Source of the DNA: Elusimicrobiota bacterium
GTDB lineage: Bacteria; CG03; SLGR01; JAGXOG01
Length of the DNA: 21,289 nt
Reading direction: 5' to 3'
Assembly: GCA_051745145.1 (NCBI GenBank)
Contig: JBNJDT010000023.1
Coordinates: forward strand, 1 to 21,289
A model generated the notes under the pieces. The model was not told the origin of the DNA. It searched no databases and worked only from the letters and a program-made list of their open reading frames with translations. Positions 1-7,634 of this stretch are shown in pieces (position 1 is the stretch's first letter; every line of letters starts with the position of its first letter). The translations under genes and the position numbers were made by a program.

Positions 1-1704
1 AACGTGGATCTTGTCGGGGCATGGAGCAGTATTGTATCTTCCGGGGTGTATGTTTCTACAGTATCGCCTTCGGCTCCCGAACTTGAATCCCCGCTTGATG
101 GGGAAACCCGGGAAGAATACAGTCCCGAATTTAACTGGAATAAATCCAGCGGTCACGGAATAAAGTATGTTTTACAATTATCTGATGCGGATGAAAATTT
201 TAATGTTATTTATTCCTCATACGGATATAAAATTAACTATGAAGATAAGGGAGAATGGATAACAGCCACAGATTTTTCTACAAGTATTGATCGGAATAAA
301 TACTGGTGGAGGGTCCGGGCGGTTGACGGTGCCCGTAATAAGAGTCCGTGGTCTTCTACACGCAGTTTTATAAGTAACCGTATACCCCAGCTTGATTGGA
401 CAGATGAGTTGGTAGATACCGGAGTTACTCCCCAGGTAGGGTCGGCCAAAAGTACTTTTACATATGAAGTAGAGTATAAAGATGATGATGGCGTTGATCC
501 GGGAGGAAATATAGTACTGCATGTAAACTCTTCCGGGAAAACCGGAGCTGAAAACTGGAAAGAATATGATTTGTCCGGTGACGGGGCAGATATACAAAAT
601 GGCAGAGTATATTCATCCACCTGCAGTCTTACATTTGACTACGATGATAATCCAAAATACTATTTTACAGCTTTTGACGGTTTATCCTGGGCTACGGGTA
701 AGCCGACCGGTACTTATACAGGACCTATTATAGACAACCCGGTTTCCTTTACTACCGATCAGGTCGATTCGGAAAAAGAGAGCAGCGGTAGTCTGATAAA
801 ACTGTGGGTAAATATTGTAGCGCCGGAAGGAGTCAAATTGGATACTTCTACTGTAAAATACAGTATATATCACGATTCTGAAAAAGTGTCCGGGGGCAGT
901 AACGTAAAACTTGAGGATATAAATGAAGACAGTACGGAAGCGGTATTCAGCGTGACTACGGATACTTTTAAAACTTCAGTTAAAAATTATATAAGGTGGA
1001 GTTGTGAAGACAGTACCGGAGAAAGATGGGAATCATCTATGACACGGGTAGAAATTCAGACTAATGAATCGCCTTTTATCAAGATAGTACAGCCTGCCAA
1101 TGAGGGGTATTCTACTTTGAACCCGGTAATTGAAGCCGATATTACTGATGAAATCGGAATAGATAAAGACTCAATTAAGGTGCAAATATTTACTATGCAA
1201 AATGATCAAATTTTGTCGGTTTCCGGAGAGGACAAACCGGATATATATAATTCCGATACCCGGCGTTTGAAATACGTAAGTTCAAATTTAAATTTAGAAG
1301 ATAACACTGATTATAAACTTAAAATTTCCGCAACGGATACCGGTTATAGTGAGGAGGAGAGCGAATCCGATACAGCGGAAATTACTTTTACGGCTCGTAA
1401 TCAGCCGATTGCTGATCTTATTCCCTATCCCAGTCCCTTTGATCCTGAAAAAGAATCGGCAAAATTAAGATATGTACTGGCGGATGACGGCCGGGTAACT
1501 TTGAATATTTACGATACCAGCCGGGAACTTGTAAAGTCTGTAGTGGAAGATGTGGAAAGGGATAAAGGACAAAATGAAGAGACCTGGGACGGCAGTAATC
1601 TGTCAGGCAATTCGTTGGCAAACGGAATTTATTATGTAGAGTTGATAGTAGAGATGGACAAAGAATACAGGAGATATCAGAGGATTGCTATATTCAGAAA
1701 TTAG
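1..1704 (+). CDS. Secreted multidomain protein (FN3/Ig-like domains) with C-terminal FlgD-Ig / T9SS type-A-like sorting domain; 5'-partial
   Basis: The frame is open from base 1 (AAC GTG GAT...), and there is no signal peptide or RBS at the GTG at 4, so the gene probably begins upstream. FN3-like strands: APELESPLDG...FNW...YVLQLS...YWWRVRAVDGARNKSPWS. C-terminal motif PYPSPF...RVTLNIYDTSRELV...WDGSNLSGNSLANGIYYVEL matches FlgD_ig/Por_Secre_tail-type tails. Confidence 0.75.
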   Translation, partial: NVDLVGAWSSIVSSGVYVSTVSPSAPELESPLDGETREEYSPEFNWNKSSGHGIKYVLQLSDADENFNVIYSSYGYKINYEDKGEWITATDFSTSIDRNKYWWRVRAVDGARNKSPWSSTRSFISNRIPQLDWTDELVDTGVTPQVGSAKSTFTYEVEYKDDDGVDPGGNIVLHVNSSGKTGAENWKEYDLSGDGADIQNGRVYSSTCSLTFDYDDNPKYYFTAFDGLSWATGKPTGTYTGPIIDNPVSFTTDQVDSEKESSGSLIKLWVNIVAPEGVKLDTSTVKYSIYHDSEKVSGGSNVKLEDINEDSTEAVFSVTTDTFKTSVKNYIRWSCEDSTGERWESSMTRVEIQTNESPFIKIVQPANEGYSTLNPVIEADITDEIGIDKDSIKVQIFTMQNDQILSVSGEDKPDIYNSDTRRLKYVSSNLNLEDNTDYKLKISATDTGYSEEESESDTAEITFTARNQPIADLIPYPSPFDPEKESAKLRYVLADDGRVTLNIYDTSRELVKSVVEDVERDKGQNEETWDGSNLSGNSLANGIYYVELIVEMDKEYRRYQRIAIFRN

Positions 1705-2731
1705 AAAATTTGTAATAGGTTTGTGTTTTATAGTTTTTTGTTCTATTCCGGCATTGAGTGAACCTTATTTTAAAGATGAAAGTCCCGGGGCTTCATGGAG
1801 GTACGGTGATATAATGAGCTGCTATGTAACGTCTGTTTCCACCGACAGTGACCTGGACAATGATTCTGTGCGATACAGGACATCAAATTCCGGAAGTGAA
1901 CTTGAAAATTTTACGGAATGGCGTGCTGATGGAGTGGTTATAGTATCAAGCAGTACTGAAGAATCCCGTTTTCAAATAGCTGTAGATGAGGATCGGAATT
2001 TGTTCGAACCGGGAGAAGATAATTATATTCAGTGGCAGGTTAAGGATAAGGCGGGAGTAACAGTAAATTCTAATAGATATAACATAAAAATATATCAGAA
2101 TTATCCGCCGGAACTGAAAAAGGTTCAGCCCGGTGAATTTACAAGTTTATCTCCGGAACTGGAAATTGAAATTACGGAGTGCCCGCAGGGTATTGAAGTA
2201 AACTCCATAGAAATTAATATTTCTGAAATCGGAGCTGGAAATATTTATAACATAAAAGGAAGTGATAATCCGGAAATTTATGATTCTTCCGATAAAATTA
2301 TAAAATATTCTTTTAAAGAAAAAATTTTTGAAGAAGGCAAAGAATATAAAATAAAAGTAAAAGTTTCCGATACCGGATATGTAGAACCGGAGTCTACCGA
2401 GATTTCATATAATACGACAGCAGGAGATGGGGTAATAGCTGATTTTATAAATTTCCCCAACCCGTTTAACGGGGAAAATGAGGAAACAGTTTTTCGATAC
2501 GATTTAAAGAATGCTGCAAGAGTAACTATAAATATTTATGATTCATCCAGAGTACTGGTAAAAAAACTGGTTGACGGTAAAAATCGGAGTAAGGGTTTAC
2601 ACGAGGAACCCTGGAACGGAAATAATTTTTCCGGAAATAAATTAGCCAACGGAATTTATTATGCTGAAATTATTGCTGAAAACAATGAGAAAAGTAAAAG
2701 ATATTCTTCAGTGGCTATATTGACTGAATAA
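1685..2731 (+). CDS. Secreted Ig-like protein with C-terminal FlgD-Ig / T9SS type-A-like domain; paralog of the C-terminal part of the upstream gene
   Basis: TTG start overlaps the upstream stop by 20 nt. Signal-peptide-like N-terminus IRKFVIGLCFIVFCSIPALS. Tail NFPNPFN...RVTINIYDSSRVLV...WNGNNFSGNKLANGIYYAEI. Collinear similarity to 1..1704. Confidence 0.75.
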   Translation: MLYSEIRKFVIGLCFIVFCSIPALSEPYFKDESPGASWRYGDIMSCYVTSVSTDSDLDNDSVRYRTSNSGSELENFTEWRADGVVIVSSSTEESRFQIAVDEDRNLFEPGEDNYIQWQVKDKAGVTVNSNRYNIKIYQNYPPELKKVQPGEFTSLSPELEIEITECPQGIEVNSIEINISEIGAGNIYNIKGSDNPEIYDSSDKIIKYSFKEKIFEEGKEYKIKVKVSDTGYVEPESTEISYNTTAGDGVIADFINFPNPFNGENEETVFRYDLKNAARVTINIYDSSRVLVKKLVDGKNRSKGLHEEPWNGNNFSGNKLANGIYYAEIIAENNEKSKRYSSVAILTE

Positions 2732-2734
2732 TAT

Positions 2735-2763
2735 TTGAAAGAAATTGATAAATAATTTATAAT
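2735..2763 (+). promoter_or_regulatory. Predicted sigma70 promoter for the kinase operon
   Basis: TTGAAA (2735-2740), 17-nt spacer, perfect TATAAT (2758-2763), lying in the only large intergenic gap upstream of the cluster. The AT-rich background lowers certainty. Confidence 0.6.
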
Positions 2764-2926
2764 ATGACAGATGCGACAATGCCTTATATTATAAAAATAT
2801 TTAAGAAGAATAAAGATATCCCTAAAACTTGTAAGGCGGGATAGCTAAAAAAGTGAAAAAATAGGAATATTAATCTATTTAATAAAACACGAATGAGGTT
2901 TTAAATAAACACAAAAAAAGATAAAA

Positions 2927-5791
2927 ATGTCTAGAAGATGGATAATAAACAATAGATATCTGGTATTGAAGAAAATGACCAGCGGAGGTTTTGCCACCTT
3001 GTATAAAGGATGGGATCAAAACCTGAGAAAGCTTGTGGCCATAAAAAGAATACACGATAAGTACGCAAATGATGCAAAATTTGTGGATATGTTCCGCAAG
3101 GAAGCTATAAATACAGCCAGATTTGAACATGAGAATATAGTAAATGTAATAAATTTCCTTAAAGACCAGTCCGGAAACTATTACATTATAATGGGCTATG
3201 TTAAAGGGGTCTCTTTACAATGTGTGATGAAGAGATGCGAAGAATATTCTGTTAAAATTTCTCCGGTTATCTCTTTGTATATTATAAGAGAAGTGCTTAA
3301 AGCTTTAGATTATGTCAATAATAAAAAAGATGGGCTTTCCGGGGAACCGTTAAATATAGTTCACCGTGATATTTCACCCGATAATGTTATGGTTTTTTAC
3401 GACGGTCGGGTTAAACTTACAGATTTTGGTATTGCCAAAGCCGGTTCTGAAGCAATACGAAAAGCCAAAAAAGGAAAACTCAGAGGAAAAATTTCCTATA
3501 TGTCCCCCGAACAGGCCAAGGGGAGAGGAAATGTGGACCATCGCAGTGATCTGTATGGCTGTGGTATTGTGCTTTATGAGATGATTACCGGGGATAAATT
3601 ATTTAAGGGGGAGACTCGCTCTGATGTCTGGAAAAAAGTACGTTCGGCTAAAGTTGATTTAAAAGAACTAAAGGGATTGGATGTGGATGATGAGATTATC
3701 CGGATAATAAAGAAACTTTTACGGAGAAAACCCGATAAACGTTACCAGAAAGCTTCAGAGGTTATAAAGGAAATAAATAGATATTTTAAGACTACCGGAA
3801 TGGATGATATAAAAGGCGAGCTTCGGGATTTAAATAAGATAGCTTTACGACGGGAAATAAAACATATTAAAAAAGATATTTCAGCCGAACAGAGCGGAGA
3901 TATAGAAGAACTTATTGAAGAATCTAAGGAAATGGAAAAACATAAGAAGACGAAAAAAGATAAAAAAAATGAACAAACCAAAGAGAAAAGTAAAGAGGTC
4001 TCTAATGGTCCCCCGCCGACTTCTCCGCCTTCCGGCCCGCCGCCTTCTGCACCTCCACCGACCGGGGATGACTCTAAAGCGGGCGGCGAAAAAGAAAAGA
4101 CAGTAGTTGATTTTGTTTTAGATACCGGACGTAAATACAAAAAAATATTTATTTCTGTGCTGCTATCTATTTTTATTGCTTTTGCGGCATATACAGCTAT
4201 AGATACTTATTACCAGGTAACCAGCTGGGGAACGGGAATTCACAATTTTATATGGCCGCCTGCCCTTCAGATAGACAGTATTCCCACCGGAGCAAAGATA
4301 CGAATTTTGGAAGATGATGAAGATATAATTGCCAGAGAAGGATATAAATCCGAAACTCCGACTCATATCGGAGAGATTCGGGATGGTTCTTATAATTTAG
4401 AATTGGAAAAAGACGGATATGGAAAAATCCAGAGACGGATAACGGTCTTGGGGGATAAAAAAGGTGATCAAAGTATAACTATTGCCGGGGCAAAAAAGAC
4501 CGAGGATCAGTTTGTGGTTCCTTTTGAAGTAAAATTGGTGGTAAAATCGACTCCTCCGGGAGCTGATTTTTATCTTGACGGAAGGAAAGTTGGAGAGACG
4601 CCGTTTGAGGATAGAGTTGATATAGGAGATTATAATATAGTACTGGAAAAAGAAGGATTTGAAACGCTGGGTTGTCGCGATAAAGGGGAAGGCGGCAGCA
4701 AAGGGGTATGTACTATTGATATGTTGACTGATATCGATGATCAAATGAATATTGATCGTAGGTACTGGACTCTCAAAGAAGGTGTAAGTGAAACCGGAAA
4801 TAAAAAACTGGTTCTTGCCGGTACGTTATGGAAGAATATTACTGTAACTTCTAATCCGTCGGCGGCCCAGGTCTTTGTCAATGATATGACGGCTCCCCGG
4901 GGAACTACTCCCATGGAAGAATTGGCTTTGACCGTGGGGGAACATACTTTACAGCTGGAAAAAAGTGGCTACCGTACCTGGAAAAATAATATAGAAGTTA
5001 ATTCCCAAAGCCAAAACAGCATTAATGTAAATTTGAGAAAGGAGATAACAATATATGCCTATCAGAAAGGGGAACGGGGGGAGGATATCAATGCCAATGT
5101 TTCTGTAAAGGGAACTAGAATAAACGGACGCACTCCTTTGAAAGTAGCCCTTACAAACCGCAATTACACTTTTGATTTTTCAAAAGATCCGGATTATAAA
5201 CCCGTTACAGTAAGTAAAAATGTCGGGGGCATAAGAAACAGACTTAATGTTTTTATGGAATATAGAGATCCATATTTAAAAGTTATTGCCAGAGATTATG
5301 AAACTGAAGAAAGGGTTAGTGATGCCGTAGTATGGATTGACGGATCATACTGGAAGAAGACCGGAAACCGGGGAATAGCTTCCGGTTATATTGAACAACC
5401 GCCCGGAAATTTTAAAATTGTATTAAAATCGGATGATTATGATGACGTAGTAAGTTTTGTCGATATTGATAAAGGGGAAAGAAAAGAACTTGAAATGAAT
5501 TTAGGAGCCCCTAAGGACGGAACGATTGTTGTAGATACTACAGATGGATTTTATGATACTTCTATCTATTTAAACGGTGAATATCAGGGTGCTTTATTAG
5601 AACAGATATCGGATGTTCCCCGGGGAACGCATGTTGTGGAAATAAGAGGTAAAAATTTTGAACAAAATATAACTAAGAGAGTGGAAATAGAAGAACCGGA
5701 AGATTTAGTTATTCTTAAACTTGAAAAACAAAATTCCGATATTTACCTCACAGAATTAGATTCAGAAATATACTGGGAGGAATATCGTTAA
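2927..5791 (+). CDS. Transmembrane Hanks-type Ser/Thr protein kinase with extracytoplasmic PEGA repeats
   Basis: Kinase motifs SGGFATLY, VAIK, KEA, HENIV, HRDISPDN, DFGIAK, YMSPEQ, SDLYGCG. Then a Lys/Pro-rich linker, TM helix IFISVLLSIFIAFAAY, and about 5-6 PEGA-like units (IDSIPTGAKI, VKSTPPGADFYLDGRKVGETP, VTSNPSAAQVFVND..GTTP, and others). Confidence 0.93.
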   Translation: MSRRWIINNRYLVLKKMTSGGFATLYKGWDQNLRKLVAIKRIHDKYANDAKFVDMFRKEAINTARFEHENIVNVINFLKDQSGNYYIIMGYVKGVSLQCVMKRCEEYSVKISPVISLYIIREVLKALDYVNNKKDGLSGEPLNIVHRDISPDNVMVFYDGRVKLTDFGIAKAGSEAIRKAKKGKLRGKISYMSPEQAKGRGNVDHRSDLYGCGIVLYEMITGDKLFKGETRSDVWKKVRSAKVDLKELKGLDVDDEIIRIIKKLLRRKPDKRYQKASEVIKEINRYFKTTGMDDIKGELRDLNKIALRREIKHIKKDISAEQSGDIEELIEESKEMEKHKKTKKDKKNEQTKEKSKEVSNGPPPTSPPSGPPPSAPPPTGDDSKAGGEKEKTVVDFVLDTGRKYKKIFISVLLSIFIAFAAYTAIDTYYQVTSWGTGIHNFIWPPALQIDSIPTGAKIRILEDDEDIIAREGYKSETPTHIGEIRDGSYNLELEKDGYGKIQRRITVLGDKKGDQSITIAGAKKTEDQFVVPFEVKLVVKSTPPGADFYLDGRKVGETPFEDRVDIGDYNIVLEKEGFETLGCRDKGEGGSKGVCTIDMLTDIDDQMNIDRRYWTLKEGVSETGNKKLVLAGTLWKNITVTSNPSAAQVFVNDMTAPRGTTPMEELALTVGEHTLQLEKSGYRTWKNNIEVNSQSQNSINVNLRKEITIYAYQKGERGEDINANVSVKGTRINGRTPLKVALTNRNYTFDFSKDPDYKPVTVSKNVGGIRNRLNVFMEYRDPYLKVIARDYETEERVSDAVVWIDGSYWKKTGNRGIASGYIEQPPGNFKIVLKSDDYDDVVSFVDIDKGERKELEMNLGAPKDGTIVVDTTDGFYDTSIYLNGEYQGALLEQISDVPRGTHVVEIRGKNFEQNITKRVEIEEPEDLVILKLEKQNSDIYLTELDSEIYWEEYR
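4005..4072 (+). repeat. Proline-rich low-complexity linker within the kinase (GPPPTSPPSGPPPSAPPPTG)
   Basis: Local GC-rich stretch of CCN codons, with repeated ccgccttc units. Confidence 0.7.
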
Positions 5792-5794
5792 ACA

Positions 5795-6823
5795 ATGTTA
5801 CGTAAATTTTCTAATATAATTATATTTATTATATTGTCCTGCTCTGTTTTGAGAGCCGGTGCGAATCCAGCTGCATTTCTGGATCTGGGAGTGGGTGCCC
5901 GGGCTCTGGGAATGGGGGGAGCATTTACTGCTGTGGCAGAGGGACCGACAGCCAGTTACTGGAATCCGGCGGGACTGGGTAAGATAGATACTTATCAGGC
6001 CTCTATGATGCTGCAAAATAGTGCCGAGTCACAGTGGCCCGGTCAGGAAGATATAAATCCAAAATATCAGTTTGTCAATTTGGGTATTCCCCTTTCCAAA
6101 GTAGGATTGGCGGATGCCGGGACGGTGGGTTTATCGGTAATTTCAATGGGAATTAGTGATATCCCCCATACTTATATGGATAATGGAACTCTGATAAGAG
6201 ATACCTTCGATAACCGGGAGACAGCTTTTTTTATGTCCGGCGGTTATCCTTTTTTTATGAATGATCTAATGGTGGGGGGGAGTCTCAAGTATATTACTCA
6301 GGATTTTGAAGGGATTTCGGGAGGCAGCGCTTCGGGGTTGGATCTGGATGCGGGAATTCTAGTTATGATAACCGAAGAAATTGACATGGGTTTTTTAATA
6401 AGCAGAGGAGCAACTTTAGAGTGGGACAGCGGGCACAGAGATACTGGCGGGGTAAAATCAAAAGTTGGGGTAAGTTATGATAAATCGTTAACCGGTCAGC
6501 TTGATATTTTAGGTGCCGTGGATTTTATCCAAGAAAAAGATATGCCTCTCAAGTCCTCTTTAGGAGGAGAAATTGAGTTTAAACCAAATATTGAAAAAAG
6601 TATAGGTAAATTTCATACGCTTTCTGCTAGAGCCGGAATAAACCGGTTAACCATAGAAGATAGATATTCGTATATGGATAATTTAAATGATACTTTAAAG
6701 TGGAATGCCGGGGCGGGTCTAAAAATGGGTTTACTTGATTTAAATATGCAGATTGATTACACTTTTAGTAATGACCCGCTGGGAAACGGGCATAGGATAT
6801 CAATTACAATGGAGTTAATATAA
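5795..6823 (+). CDS. PorV/PorQ-like (UPF0164-type) outer-membrane beta-barrel protein
   Basis: Signal peptide followed by the family signature FLDLGVGARALGMGGAFTAVAEGPTASYWNPAGL. Alternating amphipathic strands follow. C-terminal DYTF...LGNGHRISITMELI is typical of this family. Confidence 0.85.
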   Translation: MLRKFSNIIIFIILSCSVLRAGANPAAFLDLGVGARALGMGGAFTAVAEGPTASYWNPAGLGKIDTYQASMMLQNSAESQWPGQEDINPKYQFVNLGIPLSKVGLADAGTVGLSVISMGISDIPHTYMDNGTLIRDTFDNRETAFFMSGGYPFFMNDLMVGGSLKYITQDFEGISGGSASGLDLDAGILVMITEEIDMGFLISRGATLEWDSGHRDTGGVKSKVGVSYDKSLTGQLDILGAVDFIQEKDMPLKSSLGGEIEFKPNIEKSIGKFHTLSARAGINRLTIEDRYSYMDNLNDTLKWNAGAGLKMGLLDLNMQIDYTFSNDPLGNGHRISITMELI

Positions 6824-6824
6824 A

Positions 6825-7610
6825 ATGAATAAGTTAATAAAAAAAATAATTATAACGGCAGTTGCGTTTGTCTTTTATTTAAGTTATTCGGGATTAACTT
6901 CAGTAGCATGGTCGTTTGATGATGTTAGCGGTGATGTAAATAGCGTTACTCAGAAATTTTCGGATGAAGGACTGCTGGGATCATTTATCTACAAATACGG
7001 CCGAAGCAGGTTTAGACCGAATGGCAATGTTACCAGGGAAGATTTAATTTTAGTCCTGGGAGAATACCATAATCTTGTATCCAGGATAATGTCTCAAAAC
7101 GATCAAATAATGGATAGGTTAGAAAATATGGATGCCGGAGGCGGTCCGGATATGGATACGATAATTAGAGAATTCCAGGGTGTTCTGGATCCTATGCTGC
7201 AAAATTCAGATACTATAAAAGAGCTTGAAAGACAAGTAGGTCAATCAGTTGCCGACGGTTCCGGCGGCGGGGATGGGGGAAGTTTTGATGCAAGCGGTCT
7301 GAGAAATGAAATTCGTGATTTAGAAGAGAGAGTAGAAAATATAAAAGATTCTGGTTCCGGAAGTTCCGAAGTGATGGCCAAGATGGACAGATTAGAATCA
7401 AAAATAGAAAGTATGGGTAAAGATCAGTCCGGAAGTTCCAATGTCTCTAGAAAAATAGAAAGTTTGGAAGATAAAATTGAAGAACAGAATAAAGATATGA
7501 GAAGGATTGCCAGAAGTGGTGGAGGAGATGGAGGTGGAGCCAGTTTTCCATTTTGGGCTCGCACAAGCGTAGGGATTTCAACTTTGGCCTTATTTTTTAT
7601 GGCCCGGTGA
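6825..7610 (+). CDS. Exported SLH-like domain plus coiled-coil protein with a C-terminal hydrophobic anchor
   Basis: N-terminal signal/TM segment. FDDV...GLL...RFRPNGNVTREDLILVL resembles the SLH consensus F.DV...G...FRP...ITRAE. Heptad segments (LRNEIRDLEERVENI, MDRLESKIESM, IESLEDKIEEQ) are split by Gly-rich linkers. It ends GGGASFPFWARTSVGISTLALFFMAR. Confidence 0.65.
   Translation: MNKLIKKIIITAVAFVFYLSYSGLTSVAWSFDDVSGDVNSVTQKFSDEGLLGSFIYKYGRSRFRPNGNVTREDLILVLGEYHNLVSRIMSQNDQIMDRLENMDAGGGPDMDTIIREFQGVLDPMLQNSDTIKELERQVGQSVADGSGGGDGGSFDASGLRNEIRDLEERVENIKDSGSGSSEVMAKMDRLESKIESMGKDQSGSSNVSRKIESLEDKIEEQNKDMRRIARSGGGDGGGASFPFWARTSVGISTLALFFMAR
7356..7463 (+). repeat. Internal tandem repeat (about 24 aa) in the coiled-coil protein
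   Basis: TCCGGAAGTTCC occurs at 7356-7367 and 7428-7439, 72 nt apart. Protein: SGSSEVMAKMDRLESKIES / SGSSNVSRKIESLEDKIEE. Confidence 0.6.
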
Positions 7611-7634
7611 AATTATTTAGTGAAGGAGTAAAAC

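Noticed and set aside
2764..2844. Small ORF MTDATMPYIIKIFKKNKDIPKTCKAG in the intergenic region
   Set aside because: It has no RBS, its start abuts the predicted -10 element, and it has no regulatory codon run. Likely chance.
2811..2850. Possible c-di-GMP-I (GEMM) riboswitch suggested by CTAAA...GGATAGC
   Set aside because: The diagnostic GGCAAAC...GAAA...GACGCAAAG first hairpin is absent. It is kept only as a generic structured-leader finding.
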